Positions 10,368 through 24,900 of a DNA stretch of 64,000 bases are shown piece by piece. The translations under genes and the position numbers were made by a program. The number at the start of each line of letters is the position of its first letter. The stretch's first letter is position 1. The stretch lies in the NCBI RefSeq assembly GCF_009914755.1, contig NC_060926.1. One strand, written 5' to 3'. Source of the DNA: the human T2T-CHM13v2.0 reference genome, Homo sapiens. The notes under the pieces were generated by a model. That model was not told the DNA's origin. It made no database searches and was given only the letters and a program-made list of their open reading frames with translations.

Positions 10368-12809
10368 GCAGAAGACCCTGTTTGAACTGAGTCACTGGGA
10401 TGGTGTTTACAAGTCTGTGATCCCAGGCAATGTACACTGTAATCGATGAGACCCACAGAAACAAAGGCAGTGGAAAAATCCTGCCTCCATCACAAAGGCC
10501 TTTGCAGTATTAATACAGTGGAAGATATAAATCTTAATTAGTAGCAGGAAAAAGTGATGATGTATCAAGGTTCTCAAAATGTCAGCTGGTGGCTGCTCAA
10601 TCCATTCATTTATAGCTGCTAACCATAGCACTGTGATACTGAAACCAATACTGCTAATTAAAGGTGTAATGACAATCAGCCAGCTCACTGTTAATTGATT
10701 CTTAATACTTCAATTACTTGTTTTTATGCCAGTCGAATTTAATCAAAGGAGGTCAGAGAGTCATACAAGGCTTATAATTTTTAAATGATTTGCATACATT
10801 AACTTTTATGGGCATCATTTTCAAAAGTCAAGTGAAAAGATACCTATATTCATATATACTTTACTTGCTCATTAAAACTTTTGGAAAATAAAGTTAATCC
10901 ATGATGACAAATAGATATAAATATTTCAACAACAAGGGGGAAATTTTGTTACACCTTAGACTTTGGTTCTATATTCTGTTTCTTTATCCTCTGCTGGAAA
11001 ATAACCCCTGGATTTTTAATAACTTAAGGAAAACTTTCACTTGGGGCCCATTCTCCATCATCTTATTTTTCGCTTCTTGTTGTTGACAAGTTTTGAGGGG
11101 AAAGTGGTTTACAGATCCTCTGTAACCCTTACAATGTGGCTTCTGCCTCCTTTGCATATTTGAAAGCCACCATTAGCCTTTACCAGCTTAACTCAAATGG
11201 CCTTTTCACGGTCCTCGGTTGTCTTGTAGACTTTAATACTATCGACCACTCTTTCTTTGAAACTCTGCCTTCCTTGGCTAGGATCTCCACTAACCACTCC
11301 ATCAGAAATATTTTCCAGAAGGAATTAAAATAGCCTGCAAGATAGGCAGGGAATATAAGCATGGAGGCTTACTGGGCTGCAGGAGGCAAGGAAACCCTGG
11401 GACAAGAAGTGGTGGCTCCTTCTCAGGAAAAGCTCAATGACCAGCAGGTCAGAACACCCAGACCAAGAGGGATTGGAAAATTCTACTCCAATTCTAGGCC
11501 TGTGTTCGTATTGAAGGGGGCAGGCTGGGAGCACATCTCTGGGAGGGTGGGATGCAGATTTTAGGTGCAGAACAATGCTGTGTTGAGTCAAGTCCTTTAA
11601 AGAGAGGACCACCAGGGATCCGGTCCACCCTTGGAAATAGGATTGGCAGGAGAGAGAGAAAGCAGACCCCAGGTGGCTGTCTGGGGCACAGGTCTGGGCT
11701 TTTCCTGGGTGGTGGAGGTGAGACAGCTCCTCATCTGGAGTTGACTGGAGATTCCCCATGTGGTGTAGATGATATGCACAAAGCCACTTTGCCAAACTCC
11801 TCTTTTGACATTTGGGTGTTTTAAAAAAAAAACCACTGTTTGCCAGCTTATACCCACAGTTTGCAGACGGCATCCATGACTACGAGAGGCTGGGGAGGGA
11901 AAGAAACTCCCATAATCCCTCTCGGTCTCTTTTCCCATTCAGTCTCCATCCATCTTCCCCAACCCTGATAGTCTCTGGCGATCTCTTGGTGATCTCACCT
12001 CTCATAACACCAGCTGGGGAGGCAATGAGCTGTGAGGATTGAGGCCTTCAGAGTTAGGCAGACCCAGGCTGGAAAAGCTGCCTCTTACTCATCCTTCCTA
12101 AGCCAGTTTTCTCATCTTTAAATGGCCTTGTTGGGTTGTTGTGAGAATTATATAAAATAAAGCATGCGAAGAGCCCAGCACAGTGGCAGTCACATTGCTG
12201 TTTTCTTGATTATTTCAAGCTCTGCCTTCTCTCCATCCCCAAATCCAAATTGTCTAGCCATGAACTCATGTCCAGGCTCTGGGTTCCACACCTCCAGTGG
12301 CTTAAAGACATTGAATGGAAGGCTTTCTCCTGTCAGACACTGTGCCAGACTCTTGATTTACATCACCTCAGCTATTGGAATTGTTCCCATTAGAGATGGA
12401 GAAGAGGCACAGAGAGATTGTGAAACTTTCCCAAAGCCACACAGCCAGATTCAAACTGAGATTTGTCTGACTTCAAGGAGCTCATACTTTTTGGGTCAAA
12501 ATTTGGACTCATTATCCCTGAGTAGACCTGCTCCTCACCAGGGGAAGCATAAAAATTAAAAATTCCAAGTCCCTTTGAATTTTCCTTTCTTATCACCCCT
12601 AGCCCCACTCCCTATCCCCTCTCCCTTGCTGTCCTCCCCCACTCATATCTAACCAGTCATTATATTATCTATTCCTATTCCTTATTCCTCCAGTGTCCTT
12701 CTCCCCTCCTTCCACCATCACCCTGACTCAGTTCTCAAGCCCTGGGTGGGGACTCCTGACCTGCTTCCAGGAGGCACATTCTGCCCTGGTCTTCTTTGTA
12801 GGGTATAAC

Positions 12810-13025
12810 ATGGTGCTGAGCAGGACAGACCTGGGAGCCTGACTGCTGGCTGCAAATACTGGTTCCATCCCTTATTAATGGTGTGGCCATAGGCAAGTTA
12901 CTGTAACCACTCTGTGCATTAGCTTCCTAATACCTACCTCAAAGGGGTGTCATGAAGATGAATTGAGTTAATCTTTAAAAAGCACTTGGAACTGCATCTG
13001 GAACACAGTAAGCAGTATATACAAA
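12810..13025 (+). mobile_element. MIR SINE
   Basis: tgtggccataggcaagttact...tacctacctcaaaggggtgtcatgaagatgaattgag. Confidence 0.7.
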
Positions 13026-13407
13026 TAAACCAATTGCAACCAGACCCCTGGTCCCAAAATGACAATTTTATTTGAGATTCTCTTAAGAAACTTCTAAACC
13101 CCAAAGAACTGAAGTCCAGGGTTGTGCCAAAACATCCACCCAGGCTGATCCCACTGCCTCCTGGAGAGCCCCTATGCTGGTTCTCTTGTTTGCTTTCTAG
13201 ATTCTTGATTTAAGCCTCACATTCCTGCTTCTCAGCTGTGCAGCCCTCTCCTGTGACTCTCAGTCAGCTTGCAGGACCCCTTCAGGACTTCCTCCTCCAG
13301 GCAGTCTCCCCAGCCCACAGTGATGACCCCTGCTTGAGACTGGGAGTTTCTTGCACTTATTATTTTGTACTTAATTGCAACCTGCCACGTGATATTTGTT
13401 ATATCGC

Positions 13408-13705
<298 letters not shown>

Positions 13706-14850
13706 CATAATGCATTCTTATACATTTTTATTTAACTTGTAACAATACTTATGCTTTGTCTACACAACTTAATTATAAGCTTCATGCCAGTAGAGACTTT
13801 TCCTTTTGCCTCTTTGTTTTCTCCACCGTGTCTAGGATAATATTTTGCACATGAGATATGTTCCCTAAACATTTGCCAATTGAATCATAAACCACTTTAA
13901 AACAAAAATAGCTGACATGAGGCTAAATATAACAAAATTAAGTGTTACTTGGTTTCTTAGTTTCATTTTGCAAATTTTTGTTTCATTTTGAAAGTTTGGA
14001 AGTCTTTAATTAGAAATGCATTTATCCTACATGGTACTTTGAAACCAAAGATGTTAGAGTGACACCACTTTATTGTTTTCTTGAAGTGTTAAGTGATGTG
14101 TAAATAGAATATTGTTTGACTAATTTTTTTTTACATTTGTATATTTTAAGGTATGGGGAGGGTGGTTTTTGAAATACGGCTAAAAGTCAAGTGAGAAGAA
14201 TATACATTATCACCTAATTTAATTTTAAGATTAGACTGAAGCACAAGAAACCTCAGCATCATTTAGTTCTCCTTCATGTTGTATGGAACCAGTAATCTAA
14301 TACCTATCCTGAGAATCTGTCGGCTTCTCTCTTTCTTTTCTCGCCCTACTCTAGTAATTATTTTAACTTTCAATATCCCTTCACGAGTAGGTTTTTGTCA
14401 TTTTGAGATACCCCCACATCTTTTCAATCAAAAGGCAGAGTGGGAGGAGAGGAGGAAAAAGAGGAGGAAAGAAGTACAGCTATTTTTTATGTCTAGCACA
14501 ACTCTCTAATATTGCAGACAGGAACCAAGTACTTTACTGGTGCATGTCATTTATTCAGTCTTCTTAATCTTCTCTTTGTAGTGAAAAATCCTAGATTCTT
14601 GAGCTTTTCTCAGAACGTATTTATGACTTTAATCATCCGGGTTGCTCTCTTTGGAACCTTTTCCAGTTTCACAATAAAAACAATTTAACAGAGTTTCTGA
14701 GCCCTAGTGTTTTTTCTTTAGAAAAAGAGCACTTGCTTCACTGGAATTTATCCTCCTTCCCTTTCTTCCCCACTTCTTCACTTTCTTTTTAGTGTAAAGC
14801 TGAATTATACGAGAATTAAAGAAGTCATTTGCTTCTGTTCATTCTTGATC

Positions 14851-14881
14851 TGTGTGTGTGTGTGTGTGTGTGTGCGTGTGT
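14851..14881. repeat. (TG)n microsatellite
   Basis: Seen directly. Confidence 0.95.
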
Positions 14882-15049
14882 ACAGTCTTAGCTCAAAAGA
14901 ACAAACTTTAGCCAATAAGTTAAGCCAATAGTGAGAAATATCTCAACTCCCCTCCTGGACTGGGGCTTGAGGCTCTTGGAGCCTTGCCTGATGGAGAAAT
15001 TTGAATGAGCTTATGGTGAAAACATGGCTTACAGTATGTGGATCCTAAA

Positions 15050-15612
15050 GCCCTTTCACCCCATCTCCTCTAGTGAACCAATGTTGTTTTTGCCCACTCA
15101 ACATCCTTTCTCCTTTCCTCTGGGAGAGGAAGGCGCAGGAGTCCCATTTCCCATGGGGAGTCCTTGTGGCTTGACTGGGGCAGACACTGCTCACATCTCA
15201 CAGGAGTAGGCAGTGACTCCAGCCTGGCCAATCAGAGAGCTCCATTTCCCAATTCGCAGTGATTGGTTCAGGGCTAGACACATGACCAAAGCCAGATCAG
15301 TTGGAGTTTTCCTTGGGACACTTCTTTTTGTGCTGTTCTGCCAGTGGAGGGGACTAACTTTATGGATTAGCAATCTTGGGTTGCTGTGGCCACCTTGTTT
15401 CTCAGGTGGAGAGAGCCTGTTAGAAAGATGGAGAGAGAGAGAGAGAGAGAGAGCGCTCTGATGAAATCCTGTGAGTGATGCCTGAAGTCAGTCAGTATAG
15501 CCCTGGACATGTCTGAAATATGAGTCAAGAAACCACCTTTGGAAAAAAAAAAAAAAAAAAGCTGGTTTGAGACATGTTTTTGTCACTTATACACAGTTTC
15601 TGACTAATACAC
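15050..15612 (+). mobile_element. Old MLT1 (J/K/L-like) MaLR LTR
   Basis: cctggccaatcaga...gtgattggttcaggg...catgaccaaagc; ends ctgactaataca. Confidence 0.7.
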
Positions 15613-15799
15613 TTGTCATTTTATAATGAGGACATTGAGCCACAGAGTGGTGAAGCGTCTGCCATAGCCTCCTAATTAGAATTTTTGCTGCCATGTTGGC
15701 ATTATCCCATTTCCTTCACTTTCAGCCCACCACTCCCCTTTTCCCTGTGATGCCAGAATGCTCTTTCTAAACCTCGTACGTGGTTGTCTAATTGAGCTC

Positions 15800-16099
<300 letters not shown>

Positions 16100-16959
16100 T
16101 GATTGAGCTCTTTATGATAAAACTCTTTGATGACTCTCCAGTTGCGTATGCTGAATACAGCTGAAGCTTCCCAGCATGGCATACGTGATCTCACAGTCAG
16201 GTCTCTGTCCCACACGACTGCCTCTGCTTCTCCTTGGTATTTATGCTCCAGCTATTCTAAAATACTTAAGGTTCCCCAAACATGCCATGCCATTTTAAAC
16301 TGCTTTCTTTTGCCACCTAGAATTCCCTCTGTCCGGAATGCTCTTCGTGTTCTATGCTAATTTTGAGCTTTTTATTTGTCCTTCAAAATTAATCCAGTTA
16401 AAACAAAAGTCAACCCAGTCATCATCCCTCTCCCTGAAGGAGCTTAGAAACTAACAGTAATTCAAGTGACTTCCTTGAGATGACTTGGCTGGTAGTCAGA
16501 ACTGGAACCCAAGTCTCCTGACTTCCAGCCCATTGCTCTCCTACTGCCCTATGATAGATTTAACCTGGAAAAGATCCAGTGGACGTTTATTTCTCCTCTG
16601 TTTATGCAAGTACATCAGTTGCACTGGATCACCCTTATTCCCCACCCTGGCATCTCGATGGCAGCAGCAGACTTCGTTGTACAGAATTTTAAATGTGCCA
16701 CCAATTATGTGCTGTCTTTCAGGTTGTGCTAATAGCATAAAATGTACGATGCTGAATGTGTTTCTCTAATCTATTCATGTATAATGGTAGCTCCCGGCTC
16801 TTAGCATCTGGCCTGCTAACTGCATAGTAAATAATAGTAAACATGCTGCAAGTCTTAATGAACTACTTGTCTAAAATTATTTCTGTAAAATCAGAATACT
16901 ATTGTTGCTATCAATAAAAACAGCCATTGTGGACGGGTGCCTGGGCCCCACTCTGGCCC

Positions 16960-17055
16960 AATTAAATAAGAATTGCTGAGGGTGAAGCCAGGCCTTGTGA
17001 TTGTGAAAGCTTCTGTGGTGATTCCAATGTACAGTCAGGGTTGAGAATCACTGGG
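16960..17055. mobile_element. MER5-like hAT fragment
   Basis: ggtgattccaatgtacagtcagggttgagaatcactg. Confidence 0.6.
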
Positions 17056-17257
17056 CTCATCAGTTCCTCCTTGAGAGGAGGCCTAAGCAGGATTGACAAA
17101 AGTTTTAAGCTATGGAACCAAAATAAGGTCATAAGGGGAAGATGTGACATTTTAAAAGAGTTATAAAATATATTTACTTTTTGGCTGATTTGGGGCACAC
17201 TGCCTAGGAGTTAGGCCATCTCTGGAAAGATATTTTTTAGAAAAGAAAAATAATTAT

Positions 17258-17325
17258 ACATGTATATATGTATATATATGTGTGTATATATATGTATATA
17301 TGTGTGTGTGTGTATATATATATGT
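17258..17325. repeat. (TA/TG)n compound microsatellite
   Basis: Seen directly. Confidence 0.9.
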
Positions 17326-17955
17326 ACTTTTTAATTGCTAAAGCTAGATGTTGTCTGTATACTAAACATCATTTTCTTTGTTTCTGTATTTTTTCCTCAT
17401 TAAAATATCATTATAAAGTGCTGCCTTATTGCCAGGAAAACAGAGAGGAGTTCACCTAGTTAGCTTAACCTTTCCTGGAGACTTTGTTCTACTTGATCAC
17501 ACTTTGTGTTCCTAACTCTCCTCATTCCTGCAGTGGTGAGAATACAAAAAAATTCTACAAAATGCTCTGTTGGCTTCTTTCCCCTCTTCCCTTTGCCTCT
17601 CCAGGGTAGCACTGGTCTGTACATTGTATCTAAATGCACTAACTGAACCCGTTTTGTTTTTACATTTAACTCCTCGTAAGTGATAGATATCTTCTCTAGT
17701 TAAAGCAATCTGTACAATATTTAAAAGTTTACAGTTTTAACAAAATCATCCTTGCTTAGTTTTGCTTTGTGCCTGGTATACACAACATCAGGCTCAGGAT
17801 ATTCAGAGTTCATATATGCCTTGGCAAGTGGTAGCAGGGCTTTCCTGGCTTTGGGGATCAGGTATGGAAATCCAAACTCCTCAAAATGTGTTCTGTGCTT
17901 CTGAATGCTGTTTTATTGTTTTACTCTCTCTGCAAACATCCTACGAGTCTTTTAC

Positions 17956-18263
17956 TTTTTTTTTTTTTTTTTTTTTTTTTGAGACAGAGTCTTGCTCTGT
18001 TGCCCAGGCTGGAGTGCGGTGGTGCAATCTTTGGCTTACTGCAACCTCTGCCTCCTGGGCTCAAGCGATCCTCCTGCCTCAGGCCCCCAAGTAGCTGGGA
18101 TTACAGGTGCATGCCACCACACCTGGCTAACTTTTTGTATTTTTAGTAGAGATGGGGTTTCACCATGTTGGCCAGGCTGGTCTCGAACTCCTGACCTCAA
18201 GTGATACACCTGCCTTGGCCTCCCAAAGTGCTGGGATGACAGGTGTGAGCCCCGTACCTGGTC
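17956..18263 (-). mobile_element. AluS
   Basis: Long poly(T), full dimer, degenerate TSD tac(g/a)agtctt. Confidence 0.93.
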
Positions 18264-19769
18264 ATGATACAAGTCTTAATGAACTACTTGTATAAAATCA
18301 TCTCCTTTCCTTTTGACTGGGAGTAGAAGTCCTATTTTATATGAGGAGCCCATTCCATATGGCTTGAGCAGGGCAGCCCCTGCCCTTATCTCATAGGAGG
18401 AGGATTTGACTTAGACCTGGACAATCAGAGAGCTCCATTTCTCCATTCATAATGATCTTTGTGATTCATAAGGAACTCTGGTCATAGTGATTCATAGTGA
18501 ACTCTGGTTCAGAGTTTCCTGTGTCCACCTCTTCACTTTTCTTTTACGGTGGAGAAATTGATTCCTGCACTTCCCACCCATGGAACTCAGTGCCCAAGCC
18601 ATGGCAATATGTCAAACGAGAAACACATCCATGAATCCCTCCACAATGAGTTATGAATGAAATAAAACAGACATAGCCCATGTTCTAGTGTCTGTAGAGA
18701 ATGAAACAGAAGTTCATTTTAAAGTGCTACTAAATTCACAGTAGCTTGTGCTATATGTTTTTCAATACCAGATAGTGAAAGTAAGCCTCTGTTATGGTAA
18801 GAGGTGGGGTAAAAAAAAAAAAAAGCATACATTTTTTGGCTTTGAAAAATGAGTCTTTCTCTGGAAATGGTGGGAACCATTGTTGTGCATAAAGACACTG
18901 GTGCAGTGGTGTTCCTTATACTCTCCCTTTACAGGCCACACAATGATGAGTTTAGAGCAGGGCTTCTGAATTTGAGGGACACAACATACTCCCCTCAAAC
19001 ACAAGGGCTCATTGCCACAGTGATCCTCAACTAGTGCTCTGCATGCTCCTAAGGAGAATAATTGGAATCTAAGGGTGGCCTGGGACATCGTGGTAGGCAT
19101 AGATGACTGGAAAAGAGTCACCATGGTGATGTTTATATCTCTATCCCTGTTCAGAATGTCGGAGAATGTGATTTGAGACCTGAACCGTAATTGCTACTTA
19201 ATGGCAAAACCAAGAGAGTAAAACAGCTCAGGTACTGTTTAGTTCCTGCTCCTTGTTTTGCCTAACCCACTGTTCCTTCCTTCATTTGTTCATCAAAATT
19301 TTGCTGAGTGCCTCTTATGGGCCAGATACTGTACTACTAGGCAATGGGGTTATAAAGGGAGCAAGACAGACAAGGTTAATATCAAAAAGAGATCTTGTAT
19401 AATGGAGACGTTACTGCGAATGAAGAAGCCTGAGAAAGCGCTTTTGAACAGGAGAGTTCGTTAGCTGCTGGATATGGTAGTCAGGTGAACAATGTGTTTT
19501 CCAGGAACCACTACGACTTTCTCCAAATGGCTTTGTTTTACAGATTTTTCTCCCAACTCTGACACCTATTTTTATCCTTGAAAAGGGAATTTTACTTGCA
19601 ATGTAAAAGAAAAAAATGGTCTTGGGGTTATTTCCATCTCAAATAGAATTTGCTTTCACAATACAAAATAGTTTTTAAAAATAACTTAAACATTCTGAAA
19701 TTACGTTAAATTATAAAATTTCAAACTTATGGAAAAGAGCATAAAGTTTAAATTTAAAATGAAAGGAGA

Positions 19770-20410
19770 TCTTATGACCCATCAATTCTATTCCTAGGTA
19801 TTACATCAATTCTATTCCTAGGTATTATATGCAAGAGAAAGAAAACATTTGCCCACACACAAAAAAAAATACTTTGTGCAAGACTGTTCATAGTAGCTCT
19901 GTTCATAATAGACCCAAAGTGGAAACAACTCAGATGTCCATGACCAGGAGAATAGATAAGCTGTGACAGATCCATAAAAGGAATACTACTTAGCAAAACA
20001 AACAACAACCACAAAATAACTACTCTAAATATAACAACATGGATCCATATCAAAATATGCTGAATGAAGTTCAGGCTTCAGTGAGCCATGATTGCGCCAC
20101 TGTACTCCAGCCTGGGCAACACAAATGATACTTTGTCTCAATTAAAACAAAAACAAAAAACCCCTACATGCCACATAATTCCACTTATGGAATTTTGAAA
20201 CTGGTAAAATTAACCTGTGGTGATAGAACTCTGATCAGTGGTTTCTTCTGAGGGAAGTGGGAATTGTCTGGGAATGGGAACAGGGGACTTTTCTGGAGTG
20301 GTGAAAATATTTTGCCTCTTCATATGCATTTGGCAAAATTAAATTGAATGGTATATGTAAGATCTGAACACTTCACTCTCAGGAAAGTATGCTTTAACTA
20401 AAAAATAACA
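19770..20410 (+). mobile_element. L1ME-like 3' region with an inserted 5'-truncated Alu (~20070-20160)
   Basis: tatgacccatcaattctattcctaggta...tgttcatagtagctctgttcataatag...ggaatactacttagca. Confidence 0.75.
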
Positions 20411-21519
20411 CAGAGATATTTTATAAATACAGTATGTTTCTGTCCCTTTCCCTATTAGCTTGAGAGTTCCTTGAGGCTAAGAAACATTGTCTTATTTGTT
20501 CTTTATTCTCTTTTAATTTCAACATCTACCACAGAGTAAAGATAAAATACATGTTTGTTGAATGAGGAAGAAATAATATTATCCTATACTGATGTAGTGC
20601 TTTCACATTTATAACCTTATTTAATCCCTGTAGTAACTCTGTAAGTTTACAGCTGAAGCCCAGAAAGGTGACCACCTGAGGTCACACAGCAGGGACTGGT
20701 ATGGGTCTCCTGCTATCATAATCATCTAACTCCAAATCTCATGCTATTTCCATGACATCCCAATTGATGACATTTGAATAATTATCTGTATTTTTTTCTT
20801 CAATTTTGTCAACATATATTACATATCTATAACTTCAAATTTTTAAAGAATTTAACAGTTATTTGGAGTTAGAAACTTGGCATTGTCCTTTAATATGCAT
20901 TCCACCATAACGTGTCATTTTCTTTAGACTTCAGACATGATTTGGCAGCTCCTGGCTATAAGTTTCTCACCTGAGAGGTAACTGAGAATCAGAGATAAAG
21001 AGAAATCCTTTCTGTTGTCTTGAATCAGGTTGCCATTTAAGCTACTGAAGCAGCCCTGCTAATGTTCAATGGTGTTGGCTGACAAAGAAAGGCCACCAGT
21101 CTACTGTCTGTCTTGAACATTCTGGGTCAGAGAAATTCTCTTTTCACTGAATTCAATGGTGTTTAACCTCATGTCAATATCGTGAAAATCAGTAGGTAGT
21201 TGGCATTAATGCTACAGTACCCATTTAACGGGCAAGTGAAGGAAACTGACTCACATTTATTCCACACCTACTGTGGATTTATGTTTGTTCTCCCCTTTAA
21301 CCCTTACAACAACAAAATGAAGTAGGCATTCTGGCCCCGCTTTAGAGGTGACAAAACTGAGGCTCAGGGGGTTTGAGTCTATTGGCTAAGGTCACATAGC
21401 TAGAAAGTGGCCAAAGCCAGGATTCAAACACTGTCTCCCTCACTCCCCAAATGTGTGCCATCCACCCCTCATATGCTACCTCTTCAGGATACTACACGGT
21501 GCTAAACGCCAGTTTCAGA

Positions 21520-21984
21520 AGGTTGGTTGGGAGAATAACGGCCTTGAAAGATGTCTATGTCCTAATCCCTGGAATCTGTGTTACCTTACGTGGCAAAAAA
21601 GACTTTATAGATGTGATTAAATTGAGGATCTTGAGTTGGGGAAGTTACTCTGGATTATCTGGGTAGGCTCTAGGTAATCACAAGGGGCCTTATAAGTGAA
21701 AGAGGGAAGCGGGAGAGTCAGGGGTCAAGGTCAGGGAGAAGTTTGAAGATGCTATACTTCTGGCTTTGAAGGTGGAGAAGGGGCAGCCTCTACAAAGTGC
21801 AAAAGTCAAAGAAACAGGTTCTCCACTAAATCCTCCAGAAGGAATGCAGCCCTGCTGACACCTTGAATTTAGTACAGTAAGACCTGTTTCAGATGTCCAA
21901 TTCAGAACTGTAAGGTAATAAATTTGTGTTGTTTTAAGCTATGAAATTTGTGTTAACTTACAGCAGCAATAGGAAACAAGTACA
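21520..21984 (+). mobile_element. MLT1D-like MaLR LTR
   Basis: aaagatgtctatgtcctaatccctggaatctgtg...cagcagcaataggaaacaagtaca. Confidence 0.85.
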
Positions 21985-24900
21985 GAGGAATAGCAGTTAA
22001 CTAATACAGAAAGCATCTTCTTTTGGAATTTCAAAGAAGCAAATTTAATTCTCTCTTTTCATAACTTGTGTCTTGATTAGGAATCCTTATGGTCAATACC
22101 AAATTAAAATGTGCTTGTATTATGAGTCTTAGTACTGTAAGAGAAATCCAACATTGTCAAGGCTTTTGTAGAGTAATGGTAATAATTAAACATAACAATA
22201 ACAATGCATTAAAATTCATAGAGACCCAAATAATGTGGAAATTTGCTACTTTCTCCACTATTGTGGACATTATCTGACATGCCATCTTAATTTATAATAT
22301 TTATTACATTTATTCATCATTCATTTAATAATAATCAGGTATAATTATGCAGCTATAAGGTAAATGTGTAGGGGTATACATTAGTATATAGGTAAATAGA
22401 CATATCATAAATTCTACAGGGCCTTAGGTTCTGACAGACAGATTTTCCATTTTCAGTATTAGTTCACTTGCCATCTTTGAATTAGGTGAATACATAAATG
22501 TTTAAAAGTTTACCAGGTATCTGATTACAAGAGATTATAAATAATTCAATACAGAAAATTACCCCTTTAGAGTTGATAGAAGTGGCAAGTAATATAAATT
22601 TTATAATATAAATGATAAATTTTAATCTTATACTATAAGTTGCTTTGATGATTAATCTTTTTTTCAAAAAAAGAATTAGAACTCCTGCCAGAGAAAAACA
22701 CTCTGACAGCTATTAGATCTTATAAAAGGTTGATTTATTTCTTTTTTATCAGTTTAATTTTGAAACTTAGGAAAAAAATCTTGATGCTAAAAGATATGGA
22801 AAATCATTCCATGCAGTATAAGATGACCCAGTCAGAATTCAGTCTCAATCAAATTGCAAAGCTGCTCATTTATCATTAGAATTGCTTAGCCAGGGACCTA
22901 AAAGTAGGTCCTGCAGGGTGTGTGAGGGGCAGTTTAGGGCCTAGATTAAATGCAAAATTAAATTTATATCTGATTTGGCCTAAGAGTGCTATTTTAAGAG
23001 TCTGGTAATCTAGATGAGCTCTTTGAGCCTCTTTTTCTTAAGGACATGTTCTCTGAATTCTCTTCCATTGCTAAAATGTTATCTGTTCCCAAATCATCCT
23101 GGGACTTTTCCCCCTCATAGTAGTCTTAATATAATTATCAACTAACAATGTACTCAATCTATTTAATGTTTGCTGATGGAGCGTATTGGCATATTTTAAA
23201 ACTTTTGCTACATTTGGTTGAGGAATATGAGTAAACAAAACACAGAGGACTTGTCTAAGTGCCATTGCGTGAATTGCAAAAAGCTGTACAACTTGGTGAG
23301 CAAATGTGCCTTTGTGATCATTAGAAAAAAATGCCCTTTTCTCTGGGCGGATGAAGCCCCACACTAGAGCACATGTGTTGGTGAACAGAGCATGGGCTAG
23401 ATTACAGCTTCTGCATCTGTCCTTGGCTAGGTAAATTTGGGCAGGCATAACCTCTCTGACTGTACTCAGCAACTCAGTCACCACTTTGTCATCTACTTGT
23501 GGAAATAGCACATCTACTCTACATTCAGTTCTTAAAATTGCTTCTAATGGTGCATTGTTGATTCCTCTAATGAAATCAGAGGAACTAGGATATTTTCATT
23601 CTTAACAACCCTTGTGAGGAAATCACCATATGGCTGTTTGCAAACTGTTTTGTTTTGTCAAGTTTGTTTTTAAATATCCAAAGTGCTTATGAATTTCACA
23701 AGTCTTGCATATAAAAGGGAGGTTGCTAAATCTTATCTATTCATCTAGCAAACATGTTTTGAAAACTATTGTCAGGAACTAGGAGATCAGCAGTGGATGG
23801 TAAATAGACAGCCACCATCCCTGCCTGCATGGAGAAATAGTCCAGGGTCGGGGGGGATTAGTAAAACAGGGATCCTGATAAAGAAGTCTTATTCCTGCTA
23901 ATATCAGGGCTTACTGAGCAGGAGTTGTTGGGGCAGTGGTGCAGATGGTTGCCAAGGGAACCTTTCCCAGTTGAAAAGTAACAGGTGTGGGCCTGGGTGT
24001 GCAGACGTGCATATCGTCATGTTGCATATCGTCATGTTTAGCCTTTCTATCCTGTCTCAGAAAGAAAAGGAAGCTGGAGGCTTCCCCTTGAAGGGACTGG
24101 ATAGGCAGTTAGAGAGTGCCAGAGGTACTTAGGAAAATTAAGAAGGCTAATTAATTGGTTTCCTGAGCCAGCATAGCATAGCGTCTCTGAAGCTGCAATG
24201 CAGATTGATGGGAGAGTTTCCTTGGGGACCGCATGTGCCTGGAACCTGGATGTTTGACATCTAAGTAAGAAAGAGAAAGGTCTTGGTTGTCTTTTACCTA
24301 GGAGAACCAGTGATTGAAAACCATTCGTTCATTATAAGAAATATTCTTAATATAGTCAATAGTTTTTATATATTTTGATCATTCTCTAGTCTAGGTTACA
24401 TCTTTCCCCAAAAGTTATTCATAAGCCTTAAAAATATTTAAATCCTTTTGTCTAGCAAGTCTATACCCAGGACTTTAACTTAAAACCATTACGTATGTAT
24501 ATATGAATGCTAAGATGTTGATTGCAGTAGCTCATAAATAAGGAAAAATTGGAAACAACAAAATGCTTATGGGGCATCAGTTAACTAATTTGGTGTGCCC
24601 GTGTAAGGGAAAGAGGAATGGTCAGTAATACCTCTTGCAGACTAGCAGTTCTCATATGTCTGTACAAGCCCCAGCCCACCAAGAAATCTTAATGTGAGGG
24701 TGGGTGGAGGAGGATTGTAGCTTCGGAAGCAAGGTATAATTTTTAAAATGCCTCCTTGGTGATTCTGATATCCTGAGAGTGGAGATATCCCCTTTTAAGA
24801 ATCAAGATTATAGTTAAATGATGTTAAAACCTACTAAAAAATGATGTAATATTTTTAAAAATACCAAATATCAAACAATAGGTAGTCAACACTGGTTAAA

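Noticed and set aside
11325-11938. 182-aa and 113-aa minus-strand ORFs
   Set aside because: No recognisable domain or convincing splice structure; probably old LTR-like or random sequence.
23071-23511. 146-aa minus-strand ORF
   Set aside because: Non-ATG start within a MIR relic and no recognisable homology.
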